DNA of 64,000 nucleotides from Sporopachydermia quercuum (GCA_001599295.1 BCGN01000004.1:1120138-1184137); one strand, 5' to 3'. Shown: positions 1 through 12,551, counted from the stretch's first letter. Translations and numbers: made by a program. The notes: generated by a model from the letters alone, not told the origin.

Positions 1-777
1 TTCGCTTTTTCTTAAGTTTTGACTTCTTGAACGAAATCGTTCGATTGAGTCACCATCAAAGGGTGTCAAACTATTGCGGGATAATGTTTGTTTTCCACTA
101 ACATCATCATAAAGGGGAATCACTGCTATACTATCAGTATCAAAAAATACCCCTTTGGAGCTTTTCCGGCTGCTATTATTGCTACTGTTATTTCCGATAT
201 TGCTTACATTCGTATTACTGAAATTGTCAATGGTATTTCCGCCAAAATGACCTTCAACTGTTGTTGGCGATATGGATCTCATTGAATGCTCACTTATTCT
301 GTCATTCTCTGAGAAAGATTGCTTCCGTGATTTGTTTGAATAGCTGTCTTTAGCAATTGATGTCGGTTTTGATGTATAACTATCCCTTCTACCACTGGAT
401 TCTCTTCCTTTCTCTTTGTTGAGTTTTGCAGCCGTTTTCTGTAGCGAGTCCTGATTTGAGATTGACTTTGGAGAATTTTTCAAACTATTCAACCCAAAAC
501 TGCGTATTGCATTTGAGTTGCTCCTTAAATCCGGTGTTGGTAAGCTTGCGACTTTTTGGAGACCATTAGCTTCATTCCGAAAAAAACCTTCAGGTAGCTT
601 TGATAGTTCCTTTGTTTTTTCTTTTAATTCCGCTAAAGATGCATTATACTCTTTTGGATTCTCGTCGGACCGTAATATCGTGGTTTTTGGTTTTCCTGAA
701 TCAGTAGGTGATGGTGGTGATATCACAACCTCTGGTTGAGGTACATGATGTTCCGGACCTTTGTTATTGAAGCTCAT
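1..777 (-). CDS. 5' part of an unidentified Ser/Asn-rich protein, running off the left edge
   Basis: ATG at 777-775, then 259 codons without a stop to position 1 (MSFNNKGPEHHVPQPEVVISPPSPTDSGKP...RSRSQNLRKSE). Absent from the ORF track because its stop lies outside the window. Confidence 0.75.
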   Translation of the reverse strand, partial: MSFNNKGPEHHVPQPEVVISPPSPTDSGKPKTTILRSDENPKEYNASLAELKEKTKELSKLPEGFFRNEANGLQKVASLPTPDLRSNSNAIRSFGLNSLKNSPKSISNQDSLQKTAAKLNKEKGRESSGRRDSYTSKPTSIAKDSYSNKSRKQSFSENDRISEHSMRSISPTTVEGHFGGNTIDNFSNTNVSNIGNNSSNNSSRKSSKGVFFDTDSIAVIPLYDDVSGKQTLSRNSLTPFDGDSIERFRSRSQNLRKSE

Positions 778-1518
778 TGCAAATACAAATTATTCTGTTC
801 CACTGAATTACATCTCATGAGGTTCTTGAAGTTGTAATCTTATGTATATAATATATAATATCATGAAATGCTCATCCGCACTCAAACAACAGTCATCATA
901 TAGGCGTGCATGTCTAAACAAATCAGTATAGCAGAGTACAGTTGAGTACAGAACCATAGGATCTTACTCTCAGTATCCTCAGGTTACTGGTTGGAACGTT
1001 TTTTCGTACAAAATTTTGGAATAGACTTCAATATTCAACCCTTCCGTTCCCAAACAACCACTATGAAACCAACTACCTTCTCCCATTATTGTTATTGCTA
1101 CTTATCAGTCAGTTTTTAGTCAATCAATCAATTATTTGAATCACATGTGACAGACTCAGAATCATGTAAAGAGAAGCCGGGTAATGAGTTATTTCCCTTA
1201 TAGGAAATTAGAAATTTGTACTCCGATGGGGAATTTGTATGAGAAGTTGTATTACAAATACAAATTAATCTTTTGGATCTGCGATTTACCTAGCCATTAG
1301 ACAGTTAATACAAAGCTGAAAGGCTCATCATATGCTATTTATGTATATAATTACGGGATCAAGAAGGATCTTCTATTATCTTCTGAGTCAGATAAAGAGT
1401 GGAAAAATTTAGGCCGAAGCGAATCGATCTGCTTGATTGTGACTAGAAAGGTTTTCAGTGAAGTAAAGGAAAGTCTAAGGTCTTGATATAATAGAGGTAC
1501 TTATATGCAACAATTGTC

Positions 1519-1959
1519 ATGATGATGCGAATTACTAGTATGCAAACGAGCAGAAGCTTGCTACGGCAAGTGCCTAGAAGAATGCTGAGTTATGGCTCAA
1601 TGCGAACTTTTAATCAAAACAGGCTGAAAGACGGACACCATGTAAATCTGACATCAAGCAGTATGTTACTAAATAGGTTGGGAGTACGAATGTATTCTGA
1701 ATCAGCTGAAAATGCAGAAGCCTCCGGTATGGATAGTTATGAACAGCATATCTATGATATTTTACAAAAAGAGTTGGAACCTAAAGTTCTTGATGTACGG
1801 GATGTATCTGGCGGTTGTGGATCTATGTTCGCCATCACAGTATTCTCAGAAAAGTTCAAAGGAAAACCTATGGTGAAACAACATCGATTAGTGAACGAAA
1901 TTTTAGCTGATGAGATTGCGAAATGGCATGGNCTCCAACTTCGAACTAAGGCTGTTTAA
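1519..1959 (+). CDS. AIM1: Mitochondrial BolA-family protein (Bol3/Aim1)
   Basis: DVSGGCGSMFAI and KQHRLVNEIL...WHxLQL BolA3 motifs; Arg-rich presequence; near SPC72 and GEM1 as in S. cerevisiae YAL046-048. Confidence 0.9.
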   Translation: MMMRITSMQTSRSLLRQVPRRMLSYGSMRTFNQNRLKDGHHVNLTSSSMLLNRLGVRMYSESAENAEASGMDSYEQHIYDILQKELEPKVLDVRDVSGGCGSMFAITVFSEKFKGKPMVKQHRLVNEILADEIAKWHXLQLRTKAV

Positions 1960-2207
1960 ATCTAGGATTATATTAATGGGATGATAATTGTATATATTAC
2001 CGAATCTAATGATAATACACAGAACTTTGTAAATAAGTTATTGTCATGAGTAGAACTCTCAGAAATCAATAGGTATCAATAAATGGATGTCATTGTACAA
2101 CAATTATTAAATGAAAGTCCTAAAGCTTACGTAGGACGAATAAGCCTTATAAACTTTTATCCATTGTGTGTACGTAGTTATTTATGAAAGGATTGAATTA
2201 GCGTAAT

Positions 2208-4385
2208 TCACTCTACCACTTCCTCAGTTTCCTCTAAAACTATCTCCTTGATTTCTTCAATCACCATAGAGTTTTCGTCAGCAATTTCGGTAGGATCATA
2301 TTCCTTAAGACCAAGAGCGGCAATCTGGCTCCTAACGGATTCTCTCCATGAGTTCCATTCAGACAACAATCTCTTTCGTAAAAGAATGATTTCTCTGGAG
2401 GCCGAATTGGCTTCCATAAGATCTTCTTCTTCGAATTTTCTGCTGTAATTTCTCAACTTCTTCGCGACTTCCTTCTTGTCTCCTTCTGTCAAAACGGAAG
2501 GAGGTCTTGGTCTCCATTGAAGAGCTTTGAACTTTTCAATCAATTCTTCGGAAACAATGTCTCCCTTGAGATCAAAGATCTTGTATCCATTTTCAATATT
2601 ATGTCTCCAAGATGATGACCAAGTAGACAAATATCTTCCAGAAGGATCCCATGCAATGTCTGTTAGTCCATAAGCTTCGATGTTATGAATTAACTTAACG
2701 GAAGCGGCAACATCCTTTTCGGAGCTGTCTTTCTTCTCACTTGGAGTACCTTCGAAATCAAAGTCATAGAATTCAAGCTCACAACCACCAGAAGAACCCA
2801 AAGCACCAACAACCAAAAATCGGCCTTTAGGAGACCAAACCAAAATATTAGAATGCTTCTCGGGAATGGTCTTGAAAGCCTTCCAACCATTCAATCCAGC
2901 AACAGTTTGTTGCTTGCTGGCTTTAGATATCTCGGGAGCATAGAAAGTAACAGTGTTTCTAATGGAAGCAGGGTTAACACCAGGTTGAACAACATCACTT
3001 CTAGAAATAGTAGCAAATCTGTCACCATTGGTTTCCCAAGCAAATGAGCTTACTGTATCTTTTGTCTCTATAACTTCTAAAGGAATATCTTTTTCGTCGA
3101 TTCTGAGTAATTCTAAATTCGTGTAAGTAGATTTCTTGGACTTTGTGTATCTAACAACCTTAACACACAAATATTTAGCAGCAGATTGCCAGAATATCTT
3201 ACAATCTTGCACGTTGAATAGATTAACGGATCTAATGACTTTCTTAGAAGGAACTTCGAGAACACACATTCTAGCGGTTTGATTAGGTGTTTCAGGAGTC
3301 CAATAACATAAAAGATGAGAATCAGGATCCTTGGAACCCTTCAAATGAACAGGTGCAGGTGCCCATTCAAATTCAATAATATCATCAATCTTGATAGACT
3401 TCTTATCAACCAAAGACATAGTAGCAGATTCATAAATGGATAGTTGACCAGGTGTAATTCTAGCAAAGTATTTGTCATCGTGAGACCATTTGAATGGAGG
3501 CCAGGTCAGTTTTCTTTCTTTGATGCTGCTTGGAGGGATAGAGAATGATCTCAATTTTTCACCAGATCGAATATCAAAGATAATCAAATTCTTGCCCTCA
3601 TCGGCCTCAGTGAAAGGAGGTTGATTCTGTAAAGGAGTAGGCGAGAAAGTAACAACATAGTTTTCCTTTGGTGAAAAGGCAAATCTTTTTACATCTGGAT
3701 GGAAAAATCTTTGTCTGACATCAAAATCTTGACCAGCCCAGCTTTGAATACCTTGCGGATGAATAGTAAAGAGATAAGTTCCCAATGGTGACCATTCACT
3801 GAATAATGTAGTCCAATGATCCTTCTTGATAACTTCTTGAGGGCCAGTAGTCTTATTGTTGTAGTAAACACCCAATTCTTCACCTTTGTATAAATAAAAT
3901 TGATCTCTTCCATTATAATCGGCCAACCAACTTCTCAAATTACCCTTCTCAATATATGGTTCAATCTTGGGTTCTACGAATTCTTCGGTCAAGTGTTCAT
4001 TCAAAACATACTTTTCAATATCTGATAACTTGTTAACCGAAAGCCTATGTTTGACATCTAACTTCTTATGGTTCAGTTGTCTAACTGCTTGGATTGCACT
4101 TTCAGGTTCTTCATAATCAATGAAAACAAAACCTCTTGTTTTTCCATTCTCAACGGGAATGTAGAAACCATCTTCCTTGATTTTTCCTACTGAAGAAAAT
4201 AGCTTCTTTAAAACTTTTGATAAAACTTCAACCTTTGATTCAGGGGCAACTGGGGCTCCATCAACAACAATGGCAGTTTCCAATCCTTCATCTAGTGTAA
4301 CAGCATACTTCTCTTCTAGATCACTGAAATCTAGCCCACTGACGTCGATTTCAACTTCGTCAATGTTAACTTCATCGGCAGTCAT
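2208..4385 (-). CDS. PRT1: Translation initiation factor eIF3 subunit b
   Basis: N-terminal RRM (IVVDGAP, GFVFIDY), beta-propeller (WSPLGTYL, WSPKGRF, WDPSGRY), WRPRPP. First ATG is at 4385; the ORF track uses an upstream TTG. Confidence 0.97.
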   Translation of the reverse strand: MTADEVNIDEVEIDVSGLDFSDLEEKYAVTLDEGLETAIVVDGAPVAPESKVEVLSKVLKKLFSSVGKIKEDGFYIPVENGKTRGFVFIDYEEPESAIQAVRQLNHKKLDVKHRLSVNKLSDIEKYVLNEHLTEEFVEPKIEPYIEKGNLRSWLADYNGRDQFYLYKGEELGVYYNNKTTGPQEVIKKDHWTTLFSEWSPLGTYLFTIHPQGIQSWAGQDFDVRQRFFHPDVKRFAFSPKENYVVTFSPTPLQNQPPFTEADEGKNLIIFDIRSGEKLRSFSIPPSSIKERKLTWPPFKWSHDDKYFARITPGQLSIYESATMSLVDKKSIKIDDIIEFEWAPAPVHLKGSKDPDSHLLCYWTPETPNQTARMCVLEVPSKKVIRSVNLFNVQDCKIFWQSAAKYLCVKVVRYTKSKKSTYTNLELLRIDEKDIPLEVIETKDTVSSFAWETNGDRFATISRSDVVQPGVNPASIRNTVTFYAPEISKASKQQTVAGLNGWKAFKTIPEKHSNILVWSPKGRFLVVGALGSSGGCELEFYDFDFEGTPSEKKDSSEKDVAASVKLIHNIEAYGLTDIAWDPSGRYLSTWSSSWRHNIENGYKIFDLKGDIVSEELIEKFKALQWRPRPPSVLTEGDKKEVAKKLRNYSRKFEEEDLMEANSASREIILLRKRLLSEWNSWRESVRSQIAALGLKEYDPTEIADENSMVIEEIKEIVLEETEEVVE

Positions 4386-4557
4386 TTCAATAAATTTCTG
4401 ATAAACCTGAAACAAAAACCAACAAATAGATACTTGTCTTCAATTCACCATATACTTGGAATCTACTGAAACTGTATGAGATATCAACTATCACGATATA
4501 CTTTCTTTGAATCAGTAGTTCTTACTGTATTACTTTTAATGCTGACATGATCGACCT

Positions 4558-4567
4558 GAAAATTTTC
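4558..4567. promoter_or_regulatory. RRPE-like element upstream of PRT1
   Basis: TGAAAATTTT about 175 bp from the ATG. A similar AAATTTTCA occurs upstream of TSR3 at 34256 and 34438. Confidence 0.4.
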
Positions 4568-4857
4568 CATTCTCAAAACAAATGTAAGTGCTGTAGTTTA
4601 CCTCACGTCCTGCGTAATACTAAGCATGAGCTCCTTATTAGATCTTCACATCATAGTAATTACTGACCCTGGATTTGGGACGAATGTTATCTAGAATAAT
4701 ATTTGATGAAACTCATAAATCTTGCCTTATCTGAATATATAATCATTTATTATCATATAACAAATCAACTTTCATGAGCCCAGATGAAAAAGACTTAATT
4801 ATGAATGCTATTTAATTGAATAGAAAAAGATAAAACAGAAAACTCTTTCACTGTTTT

Positions 4858-4956
4858 ACGCGTTTTATGAATGTTTTGATGTTTTAAAGAATCATAGCTG
4901 GTTATTGGCGGTTTAAAGAGTGCAGAAAAGGTGTTTTGACACTGTACTTCACGCGT
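4858..4956. promoter_or_regulatory. Two MCB (MBF) elements upstream of the SPC72-like gene
   Basis: ACGCGT at 4858-4863 and 4951-4956, fitting G1/S expression of a spindle pole body gene. Confidence 0.55.
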
Positions 4957-5110
4957 TACTCTTTTGTTCAATATTCATAATAACAAACAACCTGTTTTCT
5001 ATTGGTAGCTTCTTGAGTATGGTTGAGTCAATTGACAAATTGGAGAACAAATGAAAACTGATGGATGGAATAGGAAGAAGTTATAGTTAATATTTCATGG
5101 TCTTTAAAGG

Positions 5111-8100
5111 ATGGCAGAACAACCACAATCATTAGGAGAAGCAATGTCTATACTGAAAGCCGCAGACTCACCAGATCGAGATCCGGAATCATCAAGTAGT
5201 GGAGTATCCGAAGCTGAAAATACTTTTTTCTCGGACGCTGCAATAGAAACTTCACCGGTGAGACCAAACATCAAGACTAATGTATCTTCTACTGATATTT
5301 TCAATATGTCATTTCCCATGTTAGGTTTGTTGGAATCAGGTGAACCACCTTTGATATCAACCCCAACTCCTGCTCGAACTTATTCGATGGCTGGTAAAAG
5401 CATCGAATTAAGAAAACCTGTGAATATTGCCATATCAAGCTTTGAGCAGAACTCTTCCTTTAGTAGTTTACTGAAAATTTCACCAACAGAAGATACTCGA
5501 GACAATGGAAGCTTGGTAGTGGTGGGTGAAGATTTAGATGCTGATGCTGATGTTGAACCTCTCTCTGAAGTTGAAGGGGAACAAGCTACTGAAGGCAAAT
5601 CCGATAAGAAAACTAATTATGATTATAAAAATAATGGAAGTCAATTATTTAAGGGAGAAAGTGGAGATGAAGTTGGTAGTATTGCTGATGTTGAAAGCTT
5701 TGGCACCGAAGCAAAAATTGATAATCACTCTGAATACGAAGATAAACAAGTTGAATCAAATAATTCATCGGAAAGTAAAGTGGAAAATGAAAGCGAACCT
5801 GAAACTGACGATTTAATAGCAATAAATAGCACGTCTCTCGAAGATATAAACGCCAGTGCAAGATCTATACAAGCAATCCAATCTGATAGTGAAGTAGTTC
5901 AGCTAGAATCATATGTCGAATCATCACCAGAGCCATCAATATCTGATGTCACAGGACATTCTGAAGCAGACTCATCTTTACAAGGATTAGATTCCGTAAC
6001 TAATCCTCTAGGAGATGAGGTAGACGAGAATGAGCTGCAAAGACAACAATCAAATGAGATTAATATTGACACAGTGGAGAAACCAGTATTGCCAATTCCT
6101 GAGCAAACACCGATGAAATGGAGACAACAAGCTCAACCTTCTACGGCAATTAGAAGATCTCTGCGTAAATCATCTATTCAATCAAAGCTTAAAGGATTCA
6201 ACAGTCACTCAAAAGTCTCTTCTGTTTTCGATTCTTCAGAAATTAACCCTCAGAATGCAACTGGAAGTGTTACTGATTCCTATCAAATCAAAGAGCTACA
6301 AAAGAAAATACATGGCTATCAAATACAGTATAAATTGATGGAAACTGTATTAAGAGATGCATTAGATGAAATTGGATTAAATGATTCCAACAGAAAAGAA
6401 GAGCTTGCTTTAAGAGTACCAATTGACAGCTCAGATTTGGCCTCACCAGATACTTCTAGAGTAGAATCACAAAGGATTCAAAAAGAAGTTGAGCTAGAAC
6501 GGCAAAGAAGAAACATTATCACGTTAGAAACCATTATAGAGGAAATGAAAGTAAAACTTGCATACTTTCAGAAAGACATATCTACAAAAAATCAGAATAT
6601 CATGCAATTGGAGCTTTCTAATTTCAACCATAAGAAGATACAGGACATAATAATAACCGCATTGATTTCTGAAACTAAATCTGAGTGTGATATCGACCTA
6701 TTTAATGATGCGCAGACTAAAAGTTTCCTTTCTTTTTTTTTCTCAAGATGGAGTGAATTTTATACAATGTCCAAAAAGGTACAAGAATTAGAGGAGACAC
6801 TGCTTAAAACCCAGAATGATTCCAGGGATTTGATCTCATCACCCGGTGTTAAAGGAGTGTTTATATCTTTGAAAGAACATGACAAATTTAAGAATGCCCT
6901 TCATGAACGTGATGTATTGCAAGAAGAACTTGAAGTTCAGACAATTAAAGTGGAACAACTAACAAACAAACTGAAAAGTTCTTCTGGCATTTCTTATGAT
7001 GAATCTGACGTTGATTTGGATGCTTTAGAAACGACACTAAGGAAAGAACTGGATTCTATAAAAGAAGGATTCCAACAAGAACTAAAGACAATGCAAGACG
7101 AAAACACTAAAGAAGTTAATGAATTAGTTGAAAGATTGAAAACTGAGTCAGAATTGAAAGTCCAGCATGAAATTGAAGTTTCAGCGTTACAGGAAAAATT
7201 CATTGAACTTGAAAATCATGCTCTGGATAATGACCAGTTGTCTAAGAATGTTGATCAACTGCAGACTGAAATACAAGAATTAACAAAAGAACTCCAAGCT
7301 GCACAAATGACTCAAGAGGAGACAGAAAGACAGAAATCAGAAATACAAAAGAACTACTTGCGTACTGTCAGAGAATTGGAAAGTCAGCACGAAGCACGAG
7401 TGGCTTTGGAAAACCAAATAAGTCTGATTTCTAAAGAGTTTAACAATTCTGTTAAACAGAAACAGGATGAAGCGAAGGAGGCAAAAAGTGGGTTCATTTC
7501 TGCAGTTGAAAAACAAAGAAGTCTTTTGGTAGAAAGAAATAAGCTGAAAGTTTTGTTAGACAAACGGGAGAAGGAAAAGAAATCTCTTGAGAGAAATTTA
7601 GAGATTTTAGCAGAGCAGTTAGCGAATCAGTCTAAGGATAATAAATTAAATGAAGAAGAACATGAGCAAGAGCANGAGGATCAAATTCTGTTATTAGAAT
7701 CAAGAATCTTGACTTTTCAAAAAGGCCTCTGCAGTGTTTTCATTGAAATGCTTCAACAATTGAAAAATCATGCTGAGCCTATTGAATACAATAAAATCAA
7801 ACAAAGAATCAATGAACTGAATGGTCTACCTCCAATGAGCAGCGATACCTTGAAGTTAACGGATTCTGTCTCCAGTCGTTTAATTGAATTGATCAAAGCA
7901 TTAGTTAAGCAAACAAATTCCTTGCAGAGACATAGTAATAGTACTGGGAAAGTTAGTGCTTCTATTGAATCTGATGCTGAGTCTGATGCTGAGTCTATCG
8001 TGAGCACTTCAAAAGAAATGAAACAAGAAACTTTGGCTCTTAGGCTTCAAGCTATGACAAAAAAATGGAAAAACGAAAGGGAAGCTAGAAAATCTGAAAA

Positions 8101-8221
8101 CGAAAACTCAAAACTCAGACTCAAGGAATTAGAGGATGAAAATGATTCATTGAGATCAGCTTTAGATGAGCTGAAAACTAAACATGGTGTTTCCAACAAG
8201 ATACTGAATGAGTCTATGTAG
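5111..8221 (+). CDS. SPC72: Gamma-tubulin complex receptor of the spindle pole body (Spc72/Mto1/ApsB family), long coiled coil
   Basis: C-terminal LALRLQAMTKKWKNEREARK...LKELEDENDSLRS resembles the Spc72/Mto1 MASC motif; CM1-like QIKELQKKIHGYQIQYKLM; lies between AIM1 and GEM1. Confidence 0.75.
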   Translation: MAEQPQSLGEAMSILKAADSPDRDPESSSSGVSEAENTFFSDAAIETSPVRPNIKTNVSSTDIFNMSFPMLGLLESGEPPLISTPTPARTYSMAGKSIELRKPVNIAISSFEQNSSFSSLLKISPTEDTRDNGSLVVVGEDLDADADVEPLSEVEGEQATEGKSDKKTNYDYKNNGSQLFKGESGDEVGSIADVESFGTEAKIDNHSEYEDKQVESNNSSESKVENESEPETDDLIAINSTSLEDINASARSIQAIQSDSEVVQLESYVESSPEPSISDVTGHSEADSSLQGLDSVTNPLGDEVDENELQRQQSNEINIDTVEKPVLPIPEQTPMKWRQQAQPSTAIRRSLRKSSIQSKLKGFNSHSKVSSVFDSSEINPQNATGSVTDSYQIKELQKKIHGYQIQYKLMETVLRDALDEIGLNDSNRKEELALRVPIDSSDLASPDTSRVESQRIQKEVELERQRRNIITLETIIEEMKVKLAYFQKDISTKNQNIMQLELSNFNHKKIQDIIITALISETKSECDIDLFNDAQTKSFLSFFFSRWSEFYTMSKKVQELEETLLKTQNDSRDLISSPGVKGVFISLKEHDKFKNALHERDVLQEELEVQTIKVEQLTNKLKSSSGISYDESDVDLDALETTLRKELDSIKEGFQQELKTMQDENTKEVNELVERLKTESELKVQHEIEVSALQEKFIELENHALDNDQLSKNVDQLQTEIQELTKELQAAQMTQEETERQKSEIQKNYLRTVRELESQHEARVALENQISLISKEFNNSVKQKQDEAKEAKSGFISAVEKQRSLLVERNKLKVLLDKREKEKKSLERNLEILAEQLANQSKDNKLNEEEHEQEXEDQILLLESRILTFQKGLCSVFIEMLQQLKNHAEPIEYNKIKQRINELNGLPPMSSDTLKLTDSVSSRLIELIKALVKQTNSLQRHSNSTGKVSASIESDAESDAESIVSTSKEMKQETLALRLQAMTKKWKNEREARKSENENSKLRLKELEDENDSLRSALDELKTKHGVSNKILNESM

Positions 8222-8419
8222 TGTATATTAGGTGAGGTGGTGAAATCAGCTCCATATAATGCAATTTAATGAATATGTGGTAAACGAAGGAAGCAATTAA
8301 CTTCTATGTAAGATGTAACTGAAGTAACGAATCTAGGCAGGCTCTTGGTGCAGAAAGTAATGTTTACATTGATTAAGGCTAACATGAATTAGAATAACTA
8401 ACTATTTAGTCTAATTAAA

Positions 8420-9485
8420 TTAATCCTCCATTTCCTCATCTTCATCTTCCGAATCTTGTGCAAGTCTTATAGCTTCCAGTAATAAATCTTTAGGAACTTC
8501 TTGATGTTTACCATTTGTTTCGGAAACACTAACCCATGACATTTCTAATTCAAATTCTTTGTCCTTGTTGTCTTCATGAGCTAGATATATTATTCTTGCT
8601 GCTTCTTTAACCCCTTCTCTAACTGATATATTAGGTAAATCTAGTTTTTCTAATTCTGATTTGGCAGTTTGTCTACCTTTTCCAGTAGCAGCTCCCAAAT
8701 AACCCCAGCAAACTCCGTTTGGTTCTACCATAAACAACTGAGGCCCATCTTCATCTACACCAGCAATAATACATGATACACCGTATGGTCTCAATGAACC
8801 GTGTAATGTGTGAAGTTGTACCATAGATGAAAGTTGATCGGCCAAGGAAGCAATGCCAATTGGCTCTTTGAATGTCGATCGGTAAGATTCTGCTGCTTCT
8901 CTTCCTGTATTGACAAAATTCCTTCCATCAGGAAGAATACCAGAATATGTCTGAAATGTTAGAACACGATACCTAGCAACAACACTACTCCAAGAAGACA
9001 CTCAATTGATCAATTGATCCTCATTACAATACTTACAATGCCGGTATGTCTGTCAACAGTCTGAATACGCTTGTTACCGCCTGGACGAAGAAGTTTCGAA
9101 GTAATGATTTTTTCCACCGCTAAAACAACACCATCTTTACATTTTATACCAACAGCTGTTCCTCCATTTTCAACTGCCTTTTGAGCGTATTCCACTTGGA
9201 ATATCCGACCATCTAGATAGAATCATGAATTAGTACCTCATCAGAACTACCAGGGCCAATCTTCACTTATCAAATATCAGATCACGATCGTTATAAAATA
9301 ATGGAGTCATNTAACTTACCAGGACTAAAGACACTGTTGGCTAAATCGTATCCTGTTCCAATAGATGTCTATTTATTGACATAGTTAGTAGCTCGTCACG
9401 GATACTTCAAGCAATTGTATGCTGCTAAGCTGTAATTAACTAGTCCAATCAAAAATTACTCCATGATTCAATCGATACTTACCAT
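8420..9485 (-). CDS. PRE10: 20S proteasome alpha-7 subunit; exons 9485-9483, 9368-9320, 9212-9037, 8950-8420
   Basis: Spliced product [34 protein letters not shown]...[14 protein letters not shown]; three GTAAGT...YAG introns with CTAAY branch sites restore the frame. Confidence 0.95.
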
Positions 9486-9810
9486 TTTCAGTATCTATGT
9501 GTCTACTTTTCTCGTTGATAATTGGTTCCCAATTCACGTCCAATACACAATGTTTGATTCAATGATTTGTTGCAAGACACATACACAATCTTCAGTACAA
9601 TACAATACAATCAAATCCAATTCAATGCTAACAAAGACTGTTCTTCAAGCAAAATCTCAGTAATTTATCTGTATCTATCATATACTAAAGCCGTTTGCTG
9701 TACTACAATAAGGGGTCAATTGATTGTGATCAGAGTTGTATTATTGTATTGGTGTGATGTTGTCAAACTGTCATCAAAATATAATAATGCCATTATATTA
9801 TTTCAGAGTG

Positions 9811-9821
9811 TTTTGGCCACC
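9811..9821 (-). promoter_or_regulatory. PACE-like (Rpn4) element upstream of PRE10
   Basis: GGTGGCCAAAA on the minus strand about 330 bp upstream of a proteasome gene; canonical PACE is GGTGGCAAA. Confidence 0.45.
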
Positions 9822-10197
9822 GAAATAGAGGAGAAAAGTCAGAAATATAGAGTATGCACCTTCGTAAATTCTTACAGATGTCAACATGCACCTGCATGCT
9901 TTTGCATATCATATGACTGTAATATTATTCTTTAATTCAACCTCTCGAGCCATTTGAGCCATCATTGTTAGCATGGGCTACCGCCAAGTGGCTTAACNGA
10001 ATGGATCAATTGATTGAAAGCGGACTATAGAACTAGTATCAGTGAGCTGATGATCGATTGATACAACCAGGTGAGCTTGTTACACTTTTTGTGATGATTT
10101 CCGTTTATAGTTCAATTCATCATTACACGCAGTAGTCATTTGCATAGTGGGAAGCATATCANTATAGAGTAACCATAGATTGAGTGTTATTCTCGAA

Positions 10198-12551
10198 ATG
10201 TCAACAGAGTCGATCAGAATAGTAGTGTGTGGAGATGAAGGTAAGTTGATGTTTTGACAACGGGCTTTGGGCGTTTAGCCTGTCATTTGAGTTTTGAGTG
10301 TCCATTTATGTAAATCAAAAAAAGCATTCTAACTAAGTATTACTTTAGGTGTGGGGAAATCAAGGTATGTTAGTGGATTAGCTCATCAGCAGTTGTTGCC
10401 TGAACTGCTATGAATTGGACCCATTGAATAAGATGTTATTTAAATTAATTGTCAGTGGCAGCTAACGAATCATTTTAGTCTTATAACATCGCTTGTAAAA
10501 GAGGCTTTCGTTCCTAATATCCAAAAAGTTTTACCCCCAATTACTATACCAAAAGACTATTCATCGCAGTTTGCACCTACCAACACTGTTCTAGTTGACA
10601 CNTCATCTAGTCCACAAGATATATCAATTCTACAGAAAGAAATAAGGCAAGCGGATGTGATATGGCTTGTTTATTCGGATCAATACTCTTGCGAGAGAAT
10701 ATCTCTATATTGGATGGAAATGTTTAGATCCATGGGTGTCAATCTACCAGTTGTACTGTGTGCTAATAAATCTGATTTGATTCCGACCGAAGAAGGTAAG
10801 CGAGTTCTTTCCGATGAAATGATACCAATTTTGAAAGAATATAAGGAAATTGAATCTTGTATTAGAAGTTCGGCTAAAAACCACTATAACGTTAATGAAG
10901 CATTCTATCTATGTCAAAGAGCAATTACACATCCAATTTCACCATTATTTGATTCAAAAGAAGGAAATCTCAAACCTTTAGCGGTTGCAGCTTTGAAAAG
11001 AATTTTTTCTCTGTGTGATAAAGATCAAGATGGGTTCCTTTCTGATTCAGAGTTAAGTGAACTGCAATCGAAATGCTTTAAGAAATCTTTAGAGAAAAAT
11101 GAAATCAGTCACATAAAAAGNNCTATCAAGAAAGAGTTACAGCTTGATGATGAAACCATGGCAAAAGGTCTAAGTACTGAAGGGTTTATTTTGTTGAACA
11201 AACTATTTGCAGAAAAGGGAAGACATGAGACAACATGGGGTATCCTAAGAACGTTTCACTATACAGATTCTTTATCCTTGAACGATAAGTTCTTACATCC
11301 CAGATTTGATGTACCTCCAAATGCCTCGGTAGAACTAAGTCCTGTGGGAAATAGATTTTTTGTAGATTTATTCTTGTTGTTTGACAAGGACAATGATGGT
11401 AGGCTCAATGAAAATGAACTAGGAGCATTATTTCAACATACTCCAGGTATTCCTAAACTATGGAAAGACTCAGATTTCCCTAGAACTACTGTTAGCGATG
11501 AACAGGGCTATATTACACTACAAGGCTGGCTAGCTCAATGGAGTATGACAACTTTACTAGAATACAAAACAACATTGGCTTACTTAGCTTACTTGGGTTT
11601 TGAGTCTCAAGTTAAAGGAAAGACGACAACAGCAGCTTTGAAAGTTACGAAGCCATTGAGGAAAAAGCAAGTTGGAGGTAAAATATATAGAACGGATGTT
11701 TTGGATCGTACAGTCTTTAACTGTTTTGTCTTAGGTGCTAGTGGTAGCGGAAAGGTAAGCTTTAGATTTCTTGGTGTTTCGCTGATCTGATATGCTAATC
11801 TGATATATGTACTCTTATGAATTTCATGAGAGTAATATTATTATTTATGGTAATACTAACAGAATTTCTAGTCGTTATTATTAGATTCATTCACTAATAG
11901 ACCTTTAACAGATTTGCATACACCTACGATCCATTCTAGAATGGTAGTAAATAGTGTTGAGATGCGAGAAGGTAAGCAGTGCTATATCATCGTATGTGAA
12001 GTGTTTGGATGACTGTTACTTTGAAATTTAGTGTCCTTATTCATAATCTGAATACTAACTAATATATTTCATAGCTTGAAGAGTTAGGTGAACTAGAACC
12101 AGCGATTCTGGAGAATCCTCAACGGCTAGATGCATGCGACGTTTTATGCTATATATTTGATTCGTCAGACCCTGATTCATTTTCATATCTTGTTGAGTTG
12201 CGAGAAAAATATCCCTACTTAGATCAGCTACCTTGTGTCTACGTTGCATCAAAAGCCGACTTAGATAGGCAACAACAACGTTCTGTTGTTCAACCTGATG
12301 TTTATACAAGACAACTGCATTTACAAGGACCATTACATGTCAGTGTGAAATGGGGATCCTCTTTAAATGAACTATTTGTTCAATTAGCTGAGGCAGCTCA
12401 GAGACCAAGAAGCTGTACTCCTGGTTTAGACGACCAACCCGAAAATCAAATTATGATACCGCCTATTTATATAGCAGGAGGAACAGCGGGACTCATAACA
12501 TTGGTCAGTTTATGGATTTGGGGCAGCTCCAGAGCGCATTCATCTCGATAA
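10198..12551 (+). CDS. GEM1: Mitochondrial Rho GTPase (Miro); exons 10198-10240, 10349-10364, 10479-11754, 11872-11991, 12075-12551
   Basis: Spliced P-loop [15 protein letters not shown], two EF hands ([18 protein letters not shown]), second GTPase domain GASGSGKS, C-terminal TM anchor; four canonical introns. Confidence 0.95.

Noticed and set aside
9002..9017. 16-bp palindrome TCAATTGATCAATTGA in PRE10 intron 3
   Set aside because: Short, AT-rich and explained by tandem duplication of an 8-mer.
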